The notes below the pieces were generated by a model. That model was not told the origin of the DNA and did not search any database. It saw only the letters and a program-made list of their open reading frames with translations. From assembly GCA_003344405.1 (NCBI GenBank), contig NOWV01000024.1, positions 248,001 to 312,000 of the forward strand: a stretch of DNA of 64,000 nt, in the 5' to 3' direction. Source of the DNA: Trichoplax sp. H2. Its lineage: Eukaryota. The position numbers and the translations under genes are program-made. Positions 13,856 through 28,124 of this stretch are shown here, piece by piece (position 1 is the stretch's first letter; each line of letters opens with the position of its first letter).

Positions 13856-15285
13856 TTGAATGTTGAATTTGGATAATATTATTACTGATGACGTTCAACT
13901 TAAAATTAGAAATGATTTATTGAATTAAAAATAGAATATGGTCTACTGATTACTCCTCTGTAGTCTGCCATAAGTGACCATATTGAAGCTCTAATTCCAA
14001 AAAATTGCAAAGTAGTCTATTGCAAAAGACTGAGAGGCAAACAGTCATTATCACCTGTCTATTGAAATGGGATTATGATTTCACTCTGCTCATTCGATAC
14101 TATTGAACTGGCTAGAAGATGTTGAATTTGTTAAAATAACGCTATTATTTTCGCGTCGAAATGAATATACTCGTATATGGTATATGCTCGTGTAGATTCG
14201 TGATTTGTCATCAAGGACAATTTTTCATTAAATCATTCTATACTTATTAATAAAGTAGTCAGTGAGCTTATTGCAGAGATATCAACATCCATACTGTATG
14301 TGTATTTCTATGACGGATTAATATGTTTTATGGGGTTAATGAAATGTTTTAAAAGACCGCTTAAGCTGCTAGTAATGATGCAAATATCGGAGTTTGTTCG
14401 GTCATTTATAAGATGGCACCTTGTAAGGTTATTGATTGATAGATTGATGATAGACATAGCCAGCGGGAAGTGAGCTACCATGAAAAGCTCTGCTTTGATC
14501 TTCCCCTGCGTCCTTTCTTCTTGACATAATACTTGGCAATATGTATAGTAAAATCTTTCAAAAATCTTTATACGCCGTTATTAATTTAAAATCTACTTAC
14601 GTCCACAACGAATAACTTTCGGGATTTCCCAGTATTTCTTTCGTGTGATTGAAGTATACGTATGTAGAGACTGTATATTCGACTATGGACGATCACTCCT
14701 CTGTAGTAATGAATACGGCAAGTTTGATGGAAGCATAGTTTCTTTCGCATGTTTTTAGTTCACGTATGTCGAGACTATATTTCGACCATGGACGATCACT
14801 TCTGTATCGTCTTGAATACGGCGCGTTTGATTCAAGTAAATCACAGCAGTCTACTTCCTTTTTCATTGTCATGAATGCTTTGGACTTGCTAATATTCAAT
14901 ATGGATGCTTCTCTAAGCTGCTAGAATAAATAAGAATAGTTACGATACTAGACACGGAAAGATAAAGTGATAGCCAATTTTACGATGTTTCCCACCAATA
15001 AACGAAGGCCTGAATTAAAATGATTTTTGCGGACTTCAAATTTTACTGGGCAATGCATTCTAATGCAAGGACTAATAGTGTCAGTTATTGTTTTGATCGT
15101 GGGATAGAATATAAATATAGGCTAACAGGTTTGTCTGCTATTACGTTTAAGGTTCCTCATTTATGCAACATGGATGGTCTTTGACCATTAGTGATTATTA
15201 TTATGCACCTATTTAATCTCAAGAATGGCTTATAGTCCGCTTGGTACAAATAGGACAGTGAGATGAGCCATTCCATCTCCAAACC

Positions 15286-15538
15286 GGATAATTTACCGTA
15301 GACAATTTACCGCATTAAATCAATTTTAGGCTGTATAGGATTGAACGCTGTAAAATATTTAATCCACCGTCGTCATATCAAAACAGATACTTTACTACAT
15401 TCGATTAATTTTGCGGTGTATAGGATTGAACGCTGCAAAGTATTTAATTCATCCTAGTAATATCAAATCTAGATTGATATTGTATCCATCCTTTACTACT
15501 ACATTATACAGCGGTAAATTGTCCGCGTCAAGTTATCC
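15286..15538. mobile_element. MITE-like element with ~28-bp imperfect terminal inverted repeats
   Basis: GGATAATTTACCGTAGACAATTTACCGC (15286-15313) matches the reverse complement of 15511-15538, GGATAACTTGACGCGGACAATTTACCGC, at 23/28 positions. Internal direct repeat TGTATAGGATTGAACGCTG near 15332 and 15417. No clear target-site duplication. Confidence 0.5.
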
Positions 15539-15544
15539 TAGTTT

Positions 15545-16465
15545 AAACTTAGAATAATCTACTATAATTTAATTTAACAGTCAAGAAGGACAGTGAGATG
15601 AGCCAATTCGTCTTGGATTACAGTCCACGAATATTTCAAATTTAGCGTAATCTACTATAATTTAATTTAAAAATACAAGAAGGATAATGGGATGAGCCAA
15701 TTCATCTTGGATACCTGTCCACGAATATTTTCAAGCTCAGCGTAATCTACTATACTCGTCATTAAATTTAAAAGTACAAGAAAGACAATGCGATGAGCCA
15801 ATTCATCTTGAATACTTGTCCACGACTATTTTCAAACTTAGCGTAATCTACTATAATTTAATTTAAAAGTACAAAGAAGGACAATGCGATGAATCAATTC
15901 ATCTTGGATTGCTGTCCACAAATATTTTCAAACTCAGCGTAATCTACTATAATTTAATTTAAAAGTACAAGAAGGACAGTGGGATGAGCCAATTCATATA
16001 GGATCGCTGTCCACGAATGTATTCGAACTCAGCATAATCTACTATACTCGTTATTGAATTTAAAAGTACAAGAAAGTACAAGAAGGACAGTGCGATAAGC
16101 CAATTTATATAGAATCGCTGTCCACGAATATTTTCAAACTCAGCTAAATCTACTGTAATTTAATTTAATAGTACAAGGAGGACAGTGAGATGAGCCAATT
16201 CATCTTGGATCCCTGTCCCCGAATACTTTTAAACTTTGCATAATCTACTATAATTTAATTTAAAAGTACAAGAAGGACAGTGCGATGAGCTATTTGTAGT
16301 GGATCCATGTCCCACAAAAACATTTCAATTTGGCATAATCTACTCTAACTTGATTCAAAAGTACAACAGGACGATGAGATCATAAGATGATTCATTTCAT
16401 CTTGGGTCCATGTCCACCAACATTTTGAGACTTGGGATAATTGACTATATTAAATTTGGTTTAAA
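15545..16465. repeat. Tandem repeat, ~95-bp unit, ~9.5 copies
   Basis: TAATCTACTAT...GGACAGTG..ATGAGCCAATTCATCTTGGAT recurs near 15555, 15648, 15743, 15844, 15940, 16035, 16146, 16241 and 16336. Confidence 0.92.
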
Positions 16466-17763
16466 AGCATATGTCAAAGCTATGTCAGTTGAACTGGATG
16501 GAACAGAAGTAAATGACGTCGATTAACAATAGTGTTGGTTTAAAATTGAAAAAAAATTTCTTCAGTCAACGTTTCGTTTCTATGCCCTTCAATATGGTGA
16601 ACAGTGGGACAGGCTGATTGCATCATTCATTACCAATGGAGAGTTTAAGCAAGAGTCAAATAAAAGTTTTATTCTTCGTGAATTATGTCTGATTATGAAA
16701 CAGCTTTGCTCATATTTATCACACCACTATTGCAAACAGCTGACATTGAAATTTTACTTCAGTTTTGCAATAGAACGGCAAAGATGGCAGTATAGCTTAT
16801 TAGGCTTATATCGTGCTATATCTTCGAAAGATTATCATGTCTTGCATTATAATAGTGATGCTGATAGCAGCGTTATGAACAAGCATAACCAAAATGATGT
16901 TCACTTATGCTTATTCTAGCCTAATTTAATATTCAAGTGATAGAAAATGATTGCTTTATCGTGCTCTCTACTTAACACTACCGTGATTGATCGAGATACT
17001 ACTACTTGATTGAATGCTGCGTGGTAGGCAAGCACCAAAAAAAACATGGGCCATCCATCTCATTAGACTAGGTAATTTTGACCTTTTATTAGATATAAGA
17101 GCAGTAATACATGTAGGGTAATTAAGTCAAGGAATAGCAAACAGTGGTGAAGGCCATTTTAACTGACTACACGTGCTAAGAGAATATGGCGTTGTCGATG
17201 TCCTTTTTGGATCCGTTGTCGACAAAGAAAGAAAAACAACACAAGCAAAAATCCATTACCAAATCAATCATTCATAAGGCAATAAGCAGTAACTTGACAA
17301 TACAACAATTTCAGCAACAACGTAGCAAAAAAAAGATTTCAATAATCTCTTGCATCGAATTACAGTGTCAACTTCATTTATCCATACATACATATATATT
17401 TATATATATTAAACCGAAAATTTAGAAATCATTAATTGATTAGAACGACCTCTAGAATAGCGCGTCGACATGCTACCACGTAGTTAACAAATAACAAAAT
17501 AACATATCATCAACATTGATTCAATCCTTTTAAGTGAAAGGTATAACTTTCTATTTTTAATTTATATAGAATATATATATATATATATATATTTTAAAAT
17601 TTTTAGGTATAAATATAAGAAAAAAACCCCAATTAAATGCTATATAACAATCATCCACATCTTGTATCCAGTGATAGAAACGTAACATACTTTTGCATTG
17701 CCATCGTTCCATAATGTAGAAGCAGATGAAAGTCTATCACTATGGAAATTGTGCCTAATCAAA

Positions 17764-20700
17764 CTAAACAACTTTTAAACTGGCCGTTGTCAAAGCCACA
17801 TTTTCATCAAAATCTTTGACATCTTGTTTTACCGTAGGTAACGAGCCCGAATTGACATGGTAGAATCGTATACGGCTTAATATACGCGCAACAGAATCAT
17901 TGACTGGATTACAACAGACTTGGACACATAAGGTAATCATCTTGAACATGCATCCAAAGAGAATACTAAGACCGCGAATACATGGAGTATAAGCCCAAAT
18001 TTGACCAAATACAACACAAGCAAAGTAACAGCCGCAAAAGAGTGCACAAGGCAGAGCAAAGATGGCACTGATAATTCTGTAGCACCATAGTTTAGAGCCT
18101 TCAAAGATAGTGTAACTCAATTTCCAGATAGCATCAAACGAGTAATTTCCATGTGGTTCGGCAAAGACTTCCGAGAAAGATACCTAAAAATCAATCGATA
18201 ATCATCCTTCTTATACAGCAATAAAACTTCATCATCGTTTCCATTTTAATTTTAAAATGAATGAATAAGGATCAGCACGGATATCCGACTCTGACAATAG
18301 TCATTGCATTTGCACTCGATGTAGAATCAATTATTCTATCATGATTCATTTTCAAAGTAAAGTTGTATACTTGATGGGCTAGCATCAAGTCCATTCGATC
18401 CAAATACAAAATCAAACAGTAACGAACTTGATGCTATTCCTTCAAGTAAAAGGTCAACCAGGCCTGGTTATTCTATTCGCAAATTCATTCTACAATTGGT
18501 GGTACATTCTGTACGCTCCATCCCGCTGGAATAAATTTCGCCATTGTCGGCTACAATTGTCGTGGTTTACGTTAGCAGCAGGCTTGCTACCATGGCGAAA
18601 TTTGAACTACGTAAAACTAAAAGGAAATCAACTGGCCATGCCAGATATGGATTTCCCCCCCCCCCCTACGAAAAAAGACATAACATGTCAAATATGGGTA
18701 CTATCAGCAATCAATATACTGTTAACTAATATCCCAATCAAAAACCAAATTCACTAGACTACAGAAAACTCTTTGTTACCCCCTACCATTGCATCTAAAA
18801 TGTTATTTTGTCGTTAGAATGGCAGTCTACGCTATTATCCTCATCGATCAATAACGATCATAATATCATACAGAACGACTATTCAACTACATCAAGGCAT
18901 GTCAATAACTTGCATTATATCAGTTCGGTCATGAAAGGATTGCAAAGACTAAAGGCTATCGTCTTTGCGTCTGCATACCTCAGCGTGAAAAACTTTGAAT
19001 TAAAATACTTTCTACTGGTAATCTAATTCACTATCGTCAACCAATTTTGTTCTGTCGTATGCAGTATGCAGTTTCCAAAAGTCATACTAATACAAGTGAT
19101 AACTAAAGTTGGTTTTGATAACAATATCAAAAGAGAAAAAAAAGACGTCTACACAGCCATGTTATAGCAGTAGGGGATAAAATTCTCCATGCTACCACCG
19201 TAAGTGCTTCCGTCGAGATTAGCAAAGCGTAAGGTACAACCCCATCCCCAAAATTGCAATACATGGCTGCTACACTAACAAGTTATAATTTAGAAGGAAA
19301 TAGACTAATCGATTAGGTAGCCTTTATTATTTTGACGAAAAGAACGTCTTAAAATAGATTTTATCAAAGTAATCTATGAGTCAACAAGTCAATTTGATGC
19401 TACTAATTTAATAATTGATCTACTTGCGTTTGCCAATGAGTAATGACTATTAATTAATACTACACTGGACTACTGGATTAGCAGATTTGACAAATTGAGC
19501 GTTATTTTTTCTACGGTAGAAGCGGCAGTTTACAGTACGCCATTAAACGCCCTTATCTCTTTCCGCACAACTTGCAATTCTATAATGGAAGGCTTTCTAC
19601 ACTGTATATCGAATCAATCAATTTATTTATTTAAGCTATCCGATTAAAGCATTTTCAGTTATTGTACACTACATTACTATCGCTTTTGTCAAGACATGAT
19701 CGATTTAAATACCGTTTTACCAATCGATTTACTAAACTGTACATCTATGGAGTAGCATGGCCATTGGGAATTTTACCAAAAAAATGCTTCGTAAAAAGTG
19801 ACTATTCTATTAAATGAAAGTAGACAATCGCCAAAAGTCAAGGAATTAGGGGCAATGATAACGCCCTTGCATAATTCTATCATTTCCGATGGTAGTAAGT
19901 GAGTGAAACTAGAGGCAGGGTAAATTAGGAGTTGTCAATTCTCTATCCAGATACAAAATGAAGGCAAATATTTGCTTAGGTGTTAGTAACCAATTTTCCA
20001 GTAATTAACAAATAGTTGCGGTTGCTCTTAATGCTTCAAAATAACAACAAGAACATTGTAATTATAAACTAACATACTGTACTGTGTAGTCTGTAGGCTT
20101 TTAAAATAATCCCAAGCTATCACAGTTCGACTGCCGTATCGTCGTCGATCCTGACAACGGATTACTCTAAAATTACCCTAAATATGTAGGAATCAGTGCT
20201 GGAGTAAATTGGACATTCCTTCACGTTAATAGCGCGCATTATTTTAACAGTCTAAAACATGTGTTAACACCTCTACTTATTAACTTGGATTGGAGATCCA
20301 TTTAGCCTACGCCCTTTGATTACTTCAGTATCGTTGTCTATGTCTTTGGCGATGATGGAATAATATACGAGCATAATTTGGGGGGGGTAAACATGATCAA
20401 ACCTTATAGAGTTGGAATGATTCACTAGAAAAGGAGGAGGATTGATTTTAAAAAATAGTTCCAATAAGTAAAAAGAAAAATTCACGGGTACATACTGTAC
20501 GTGAAAAATTTTTAGTTACTGATCCAACTGATTTTGGTCGGCTAGTAAATCAAAATTCACAATCAAACTTTAATCCTCAGTTTACATTGAAAGCTAAAGC
20601 CAGTGTGTATAGCAAAAAAAAAATGCGTAATGAGAAGGAATTGAACTTTATATAGGAATAACAGATTACAGTAAGAGCAATTAATGTCCATTTTTTTTTT

Positions 20701-21276
20701 TAAATTGGCAAGGCAAGCGTTCAAATGTAGTCGAATAATTAACTGTAACAAAGCGTTATCATAAAATGGGGATTTACTGATTTTACTATCATGGGCAAAA
20801 TCAACTTTTGTAACGATGCTGTTGATTTTTCCACCATATCGTTGCGTAAGCAAGTCTATATCTATCTTTCATCAAGCGGATAGACCAAAAGGGAAAATCA
20901 ACTACGCTTGGATTCATGTATTTCAGTTAGCGCACGACTGACTGAAATGATTTTTTATCGTTTATTAATTCATTATGAATTTCTCCATTTATTGGGCTAT
21001 CCATTAAAGTTGATAATCCACGCCTAAGCGGAGGCGTTCAATTGCACATTATCTTGCAATCATCAAGTTGTGATTGCATGATCATTTTTTTTTGGCGTGG
21101 TGGGTAAAGGAGTAGGGGGAAAAAGAAGAAATAAAAAATAACTTCAAATGGCATCTTTTTACCTTCAAGTGTTCATTAATACCATTAGGATCACGATCAG
21201 AGACATTCATATTGAATTTCAGGTTGACCGGTTCATCAGAGGTTTCTGGAGCATGGCCTTTTTCAGAGTCAGACAT
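17764..21276 (-). CDS. CAV: Caveolin, short isoform, 177 aa (exons 21276-21163 and 18183-17764)
   Basis: DRDPNGINEHLK|VSFSEVFAEPHGNYSFDAIWKLS matches the caveolin RDP motif, the FEDVIAEP signature and the scaffolding domain. It is followed by a long hydrophobic hairpin (IISAIFALPCALFCGCYFACVVFGQIWAYTPC) and a Cys-rich C-terminus. The intron is GT-AG, phase 0. Confidence 0.93.
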
Positions 21277-21699
21277 TTTGCTTGTGCCTTGATTCTGTAA
21301 TCGATTGACAAGACAAAGAAGGCAAAAAGAGAGAGAGAGAGAAAAAAAAATGAAGAATAATCAATAGACTTGAATAGCAAATAGATCGCTTAAATACCTT
21401 TGATGTATTGATTTTAACAAACATCAATCGAAATTAACATTATTATCGTCAAGTGAGAGAGGGGAAAAAAAAAATAAACAACCCCAATCTTCACTCACGT
21501 CAAGAATGCAATAGATATCAACATGAACACATTTCTCCTACACCAATGTAGAAGCTAGTTTAATCGTTACCTAACGTTTAGGAAATAAGAGAAAAAAAAT
21601 GGATTGGAAGATGTAGAAAAATGGCTCTATCTTGATCAAGTCGCGTGGCAACTGACAAAGTCGTAGCACAAAAGGAACTGACAAGAAAAAGGACCGAGG

Positions 21700-21720
21700 T
21701 CAGAGAATTTATAAACAGCA
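21700..21720 (-). promoter_or_regulatory. Candidate proximal TATA promoter of caveolin
   Basis: TATAAA on the minus strand ~210 nt upstream of a GTGAGT donor near 21498, defining a non-coding first exon. Confidence 0.35.
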
Positions 21721-23223
21721 GTAGAGTACCCCCAAGCCTTCTATTCTACCGGAATGGTATGCTCGTTATGTGGCTTATATGGATAACGTTTTGTTGGACA
21801 GAGTTTAGGACATGAGTAATATGGATAGCAAATTCTATCAACGCCTTTAGCAGACACAAGAACGCCACTGGTGGGAGTGGACTTTTTCTTCCTTGCCATC
21901 ATAATCTAGATCATTTTTATTTTTTCTCTCTTTTATTGCATACTCTCTTTTCAAAAAGAATACACTAACCCTTTCTTTGATAATTCTTGTACTGTCCAAC
22001 CTACTAGTTTTATTGGCCTAATTCAAGTAACGTGTACATGACTAAAGGCAATGCATTGATTTACGCCATTCAATATTCTACACGCAATCATGATCGAGGT
22101 CAATATCGGCTTGACCTAATTAGTAGAAATAAAAAAAATCGCTTCTTTTTCCATCATTAGCCAATGCCATTATTCCTCTAAATGGCTATACAAGCACTAT
22201 TGTTACAGCAAAATGCTTCCTACTGTTTAAAGAGTCTTCAAATGATTGGTCATGGATCTTATTGAGATGGTAATATGTCAATCAATTAAAAAGAAATCAT
22301 TATTTGCATAATAAAAATAATAAAGCTTGCAAGGATATTCTATGCAATCAATAGCAACGAGTGGATCGGCGACGACATGACGGAGGGCTTCTCCTCGTTG
22401 TGTCTCTTTACCTCGCTAAAATCCATTGTATATGTTATATGTTCTACAGAGTATATAGTCGATTAGTATTGTTCCTCTTGATGTTGAAAAGAGCCTCAGT
22501 TTGCCACGGTAATTATGTCAATAGATCGATGCTAGCTTTTACAACGCCCAACTTGGGTATGCTTTGATGGCAATCTGATTTACTGTTGATTTTTGGGCGA
22601 GATGGACGATTGCATTACTACAACGACGTGTTAAAACTAGCATAAGCGGCACTCGATTTCACTCTGGATTACTAAAGGAATCGATAGTCGTGTGCATTTG
22701 CACTGGGATCATCGACCTAGCCATGATTTTGTAGGCAACAATCCTCATTCACTTTATTATTCTCTTGCTTGGAGCTGAACGAGGACAACAGTATACGAGA
22801 ATATACTGTATAGACAGACGGTGCTGCAGAATGGCGAGTAATGGAGGCTGCTCGGTAGTTCCGATCATGGATTCATCAAGCATCGAGTCGTATAGTAATG
22901 TAGATTTTACACTTGTAATCTTGTATCCTAGAGCAATGCGTGATTTTATTGACTAATCGATGGTACTCTAAAACCGAGCGCTAGTGATAATGATACAATA
23001 TACGTAGAGTCAATTAATTTTAGCATGGGATAGTGCTAGACGATGCCATCAGGATAGCCTTTCTCACCCTATTGCGTAGAGCAAAGTAAAAATACAGTAG
23101 AGGCGCTCTTACCTCAATCGTAGGCCTATGCATACGATGAACAAAACGCGATTCTGGAGGCTCAGTTAAAGGTACGTTTACCATCTGGTCTTTACCGCTT
23201 GCACCTGACTAGATATAGAAGGG

Positions 23224-25080
23224 AGAGTTTATTTTTACCCTTATGAAAGTCTTGCAGCACAATCATGGAGAGCCAGTAATTTAGCGTAAGGTAGCATTTC
23301 TCAGCTGATTGTCTACTATGGATTGATTTTGTCAACTATCCGCGGAGAACAATGTTGACATCGATTTTGCATCCATTGCAGCCGTAGTTCTGTTAGCTAT
23401 AGTTTCATTTTGGTATACGGAAGAATTCTTCAACCTTTTAAAACTGTTTACTACTCGATTGGCATAAAGCTACTAAGGTGGCATCACAAAGTATGACAAA
23501 GTATACGTACTGTATATCAAGGAATCCATTCATTTTGCGTATGGTGGTGGTATGCCGTTAGTGTATTAATCTGACCTCTGCTGATCATCTACTACAGGAA
23601 TTACTTTAATGATTTATAGTAAGAACAATTTGGTCAATGCCAATGGAGAATGATACTTTTACCATCCAAGTACGAAATCCAGTCAGTTGGCGAATACAAT
23701 CGTTATCGCGATAGAGATGCCATCCATTTCAACAGTATCCTGTAGCAGTAGTAGCTCCAGGTTTACTTTTTAAGGGGTAAGACAGCAAAGGGAACGTTGC
23801 TGCTGTTTAACAACTGTTTTATGTTGTGCGATACTATTATTACCATAATCGAAATTTTCTACGAGTACATACATAACTTGCTTGTCGATTGCAGCATACA
23901 TTCGTCGACAGTAATTCATGACGTGTATATTAATTAATTATTATTGATTGTGCCTAGAAAAGAAGATTGCCTACTTTCTTACGTTAGGAAATTAGAATGC
24001 TTAATTTAGACAACTGGTGGAACATTGCATGGATCAGCTTATCATCATGATGCGTCGTTGACACATCTACAAATTGCCACTTTTAAGCTTAGCAGCAGCT
24101 GAATATAAAGCTGTGTTGTAATTAGAATACTTAGTTTGGACAACTGGTGGAAGATTGCATGGATCAGCTTATCATCTTGATGCGTCGTTGACACATCTAC
24201 AAATTGCCACTTTTAAGCTTAGCAGCAGCTGAATATAAAGCTGTGTTGTAATTAGAATACTTAGTTTGGACAACTGGTGGAAGATTGCATGGATCAGCTT
24301 ATCATCATGATGCGTCGTTGACACATCTACAAATTGCCACTTTTAAGCTTAGCAGCAGCTGAATATAAAGCTGTGTTGTAATTAGAATACTTAGTTTGGA
24401 CAACTGGNNNNNNNNNNNNNNNNNNNNAGAGTTTATTTTTACCCTTATGAAAGTCTTGCAGTACAATCATGGAGAGCCAGTAATTTAGCGCAAGGTAGCA
24501 TTTCTCAGCTGATCGTCTACTATGGATTGATTTTGTCAACTATCCGCGAAGAACAATGTTGACATCGATTTTGCATCCATTGCAACCGTAGTTCTGTTAG
24601 CTATAGTTTCATTTTTGGTATATGGAAGAGTTCTTCAACCTTTTAAAACTGTTTACTACTCGATTGGCATAAAGCTACTACGGTGGCATCTCAAAGTATG
24701 ACTTATAGTAAGAACAATTTGGTCAATGCCAATGGAGAATGATACTTTTACCATCCAAGTACGAAATCCAGTCAGTTGGCGAATACAATCGTTATCGCGA
24801 TAGAGATGCCATCCATTTCAACAGTATCCTGTAGCAGTAGTAGCTCCAGGTTTACTTTTTAAGGGGTAAGACAGCAAAGGGAACGTTGCTGCTGTTTAAC
24901 AACTGTTTTATGTTGTGCGATACTATTATTACCATAATCGAAATTTTCTACGAGTACATAACTTGCTTGTCGATTGCAGCATACATTCGTCGACAGTAAT
25001 TCATGACGTGTATATTAATTAATTATTATTGATTGTGCCTAGAAAAGAAGATTGCCTACTTTCTTACGTTAGGAAATAAT
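23224..25080. repeat. Near-identical ~0.7-kb duplication (23224-24000 vs 24428-25080) across an N gap
   Basis: AGAGTTTATTTTTACCCTTATGAAAGTC... restarts immediately after the gap. The second copy has SNPs and lacks ~110 bp. Confidence 0.85.
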
Positions 25081-25595
25081 ACTTAATTTAGACAACTGGT
25101 GGAACATTGCATGGATCAGCTTATCATCATGATGCGTCGTTGACACATCTACAAATTGCCACTTTTAAGCTTAGCAGCAGCTGAATATAAAGCTGTGTTG
25201 TAATTAGAATACTTAGTTTGGACAACTGGTGGAACATTGTATGGACCAGCTTATCATCATGATGCTTCGCTGACACATCTACAAATTGCTACTTTTAAGC
25301 TTAGCAGCAGCTGAATATAAATAAAGCATTGCTGTAATTAGAATACTTAGTTTGGACAACTGGTGGAACATTGCATGGATCAGCTTATCCTCATGATGCG
25401 TCGTTGACACATCTACAAATTGCTACTTTTAAGCATAGCAGCAGCTGAATATAAAGCTGTGCTGTAATTAGAATACTTAATTTGGACAACTGGTGGAACA
25501 TTGCATGGATCAGCTAATCATCATGATGCGTCGCTGACACATCTACAAATGGCCACTTTTAAGCTTAACAGCAGCTGAATATAAAACTGTGTTGG
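24000..25595. repeat. Tandem repeat, 130-bp unit, in two blocks (24000-24407 and 25085-25595) inside the caveolin intron
   Basis: GACAACTGGTGGAA.ATTGCATGGATCAGC recurs at 24009, 24139 and 24269 (a truncated copy at 24399 runs into the gap), and at 25091, 25221, ~25355 and ~25485. Confidence 0.93.
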
Positions 25596-25675
25596 GCCAT
25601 AAGCAATAAATTAGTGTAGCTACACAAAACTAGTTACGTAACATGACGGATTCCTAAGATAAAATTTTGTCTTAC

Positions 25676-25822
25676 CGGTAATATATGCTCGCTCGAGCTG
25701 GACTTTGTAACTTTGTCTTCGAAATCATCAGGCTGATAATTTTCGTACAAGTCAGCATCCTCTTCTTGATAAGGATCTGTATCGCCGTTCGTTTTTGGAC
25801 CTTTTGCTTGATGATCGGCCAT
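25676..25822 (-). CDS. CAV: Putative alternative upstream coding exon of caveolin (long isoform, ~232 aa)
   Basis: MADHQAKG...SEHILP ends at a CCG|GTAAG phase-0 donor. It splices in frame to the TTACAG| acceptor at 21294 (NQGTSK-MSDSEK...). An acceptor (TTTTAAGCAG) lies upstream near 25871. Confidence 0.6.
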
Positions 25823-28124
25823 ACTTTATCGGTATACGCTTCTGAAACGATGATTCGTGATGTCCAAATCTGCTTAAAATTATACAGAAACGAAATGAAA
25901 GTAAATAGATTATTCGGCATTGACGAAGCCGATAACTAACATCCTGAATCATCATTACTAGCAGTAGTGCTGGAGTATGCATGCAATGATTCGATTGGAC
26001 GGTCTATTCATTAATGATAATTAATGTTCAAATTAGATCTCACAGCAGTCAGTGGATGTGAGTAATCATGACAACTTTTCAGCTAAAGAATGTAGAAAGC
26101 GAGATATAGAATACTCAGTTACTGTCACTAGGGATCATTGCCATGATACTCGTATCTACCCCAGCTAGGATCGATATCTCATTTCTTCAGAATTGATAAT
26201 GAATGATGATTAAGATGCATATACTCAAACCATTCGTATGCAGAAATGGAATACTTTACTATTAAAATTGACAGACAAATTTTAGTTGCAATTTCTCCAA
26301 CTAACGGTAATTCTTAGCTATGAAGAATTATTCATAAATACAATTCTTCAAATAGGCCGTAATCATTTCTTGCACAAGTTACGTCCATGCTTTCTCCAAC
26401 TATTTAGTAAACAGAGCTACTCGTCGGCTATAACGAACGAGTGGACTCCAATGGAAATAATGAAATGTCAAATTAATTTACGAGATGATGGCAATTTCTA
26501 ATTCAATGCTTGCTTAAACAGCTACTTAGTGTAGGGTAAAGGAAATTGTAAACTGCAATCTCAAGTCGAAAATTGGATATCGTTCTTAAATTTGACCGCT
26601 TTACAAAATTAATAGAACCTAGTCAACTGGTTGATATGAACAAGTGATACACTGGATAGAAAATTTCCAAAGTTTTACTTCGCTACAGTGGTTATTCACA
26701 ATTTCTAAAGGACTTCCACAATTCCACGTGCTAAAGTAATGGGTATCATAATTAGAACACATCAATAACATAATAAATAATGAATTCATAGGACAATCAT
26801 ATCCATCCATTTTTTTTACTGGCTTGTTAATACGGTAATTAATCAATAGGTGAAATTAACACTGTCTTAACTATTGATAGAGTAATGCAACATCATTATT
26901 CATAATATAAAATAACGGATTATGGTGAGAGTAGTTGCACTACTCTATTTGATATTCCTAAAAGAAGAGGTTATAGAATCATAATCATTAGTGAAGGGCT
27001 TTATTTTATGCCGCTATAATACAACTCGAACTAGGTTGGAAAATTGTATTACTGAGGGGTAAACATTGATCTTATTTTGCTGGAAGAATAGAGGTGGTAT
27101 TAGTAACCCTAGGAGGTAATATATCATACGTCAAATATGATAAACAAAATTGGTACAGTTCGATAAGCAACATGATGATAGTAATGCCTAGGGCTATAGG
27201 ATTATCTTTACAACTATGCTATAAGCAGCGGATAACAACTATACTCCTTTTTTGCCTTCTTGCTGAAACACTAGTCTAATTTTGAAATCGTAACTGTGAT
27301 ATTGCATTTCTTTCTGTCCTTCGTCAGTCATGCAGGCTAAATCATGGCGCCTTATGTTTTGACTACAGCTATCAAATTATTGTTGGAAGTTAACTATCAA
27401 TTAATAATGAAAACGATTCGCATAAGATATTACGCAGTAGTGATGGAATGCTGACAAATTAGCCATTATTCATTATTGCTGTATTGAAATCAACGGAAAA
27501 ATCATTTCTTTCATGGCTTAAAAGAAGGAGTGGATCATTAAAGTTGGAGGAATAAAATACAATAGTTGCTGTTTTTTTTGACAGTATTAAATATGGAATG
27601 ATTGTAACCTCATTATAATATCATCACATATTATTTCGTAGAGATGGATCCGAGCGATTTACCTTAATTTTACTACCTATAGTCATCGTCAACTTTGTTT
27701 CAGTTACAGGATGAACAAAGTTGACGAATTTGTGTTTAGCTAAAACGGTTCATTTCTAAGTTCGCACTATATCGCATTAGAAATTTAGTACTATCAAGGA
27801 GTGATCGAATGCTAAAAGTAAGACATTAAATTATCGGAGATAAAGAACTATAGGTAGTAGCGGTAAAGATTTCATAAAGCACCAATCCTGCTACGATTAC
27901 TATACTGCAAATAAAAAGAAACGACATACCAAAGGATATCGAAACTTTTCCTATTTTCATTTACGTAGAGATCAAGTTACAAATATTCTATCCTAAACAT
28001 GCAGTGCTGTATTTGTTTTAAGTATACTGAGAAAAAGTAAGCAATTGTTTTTTGTGCCATAAAGTCGTAGCAATCAATTTTTCCAAACTATCTATTCATT
28101 TGTTAATAAAAGCAAAATACTTAC

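Noticed and set aside
15545..16465. CRISPR-like appearance of regularly spaced repeats (also the other arrays)
   Set aside because: Whole units are repeated with no unique spacers, there are no cas genes, and the context is eukaryotic.
13250..17764. Caveolin next to an RTK, recalling the vertebrate CAV1-MET adjacency
   Set aside because: The kinase is RET/FGFR-like and the ectodomain has no Sema/PSI/IPT domains, so it is not a MET orthologue.
18428..20853. Short ORFs within the caveolin intron
   Set aside because: No recognisable domains, non-ATG starts, and no consistent splice structure.
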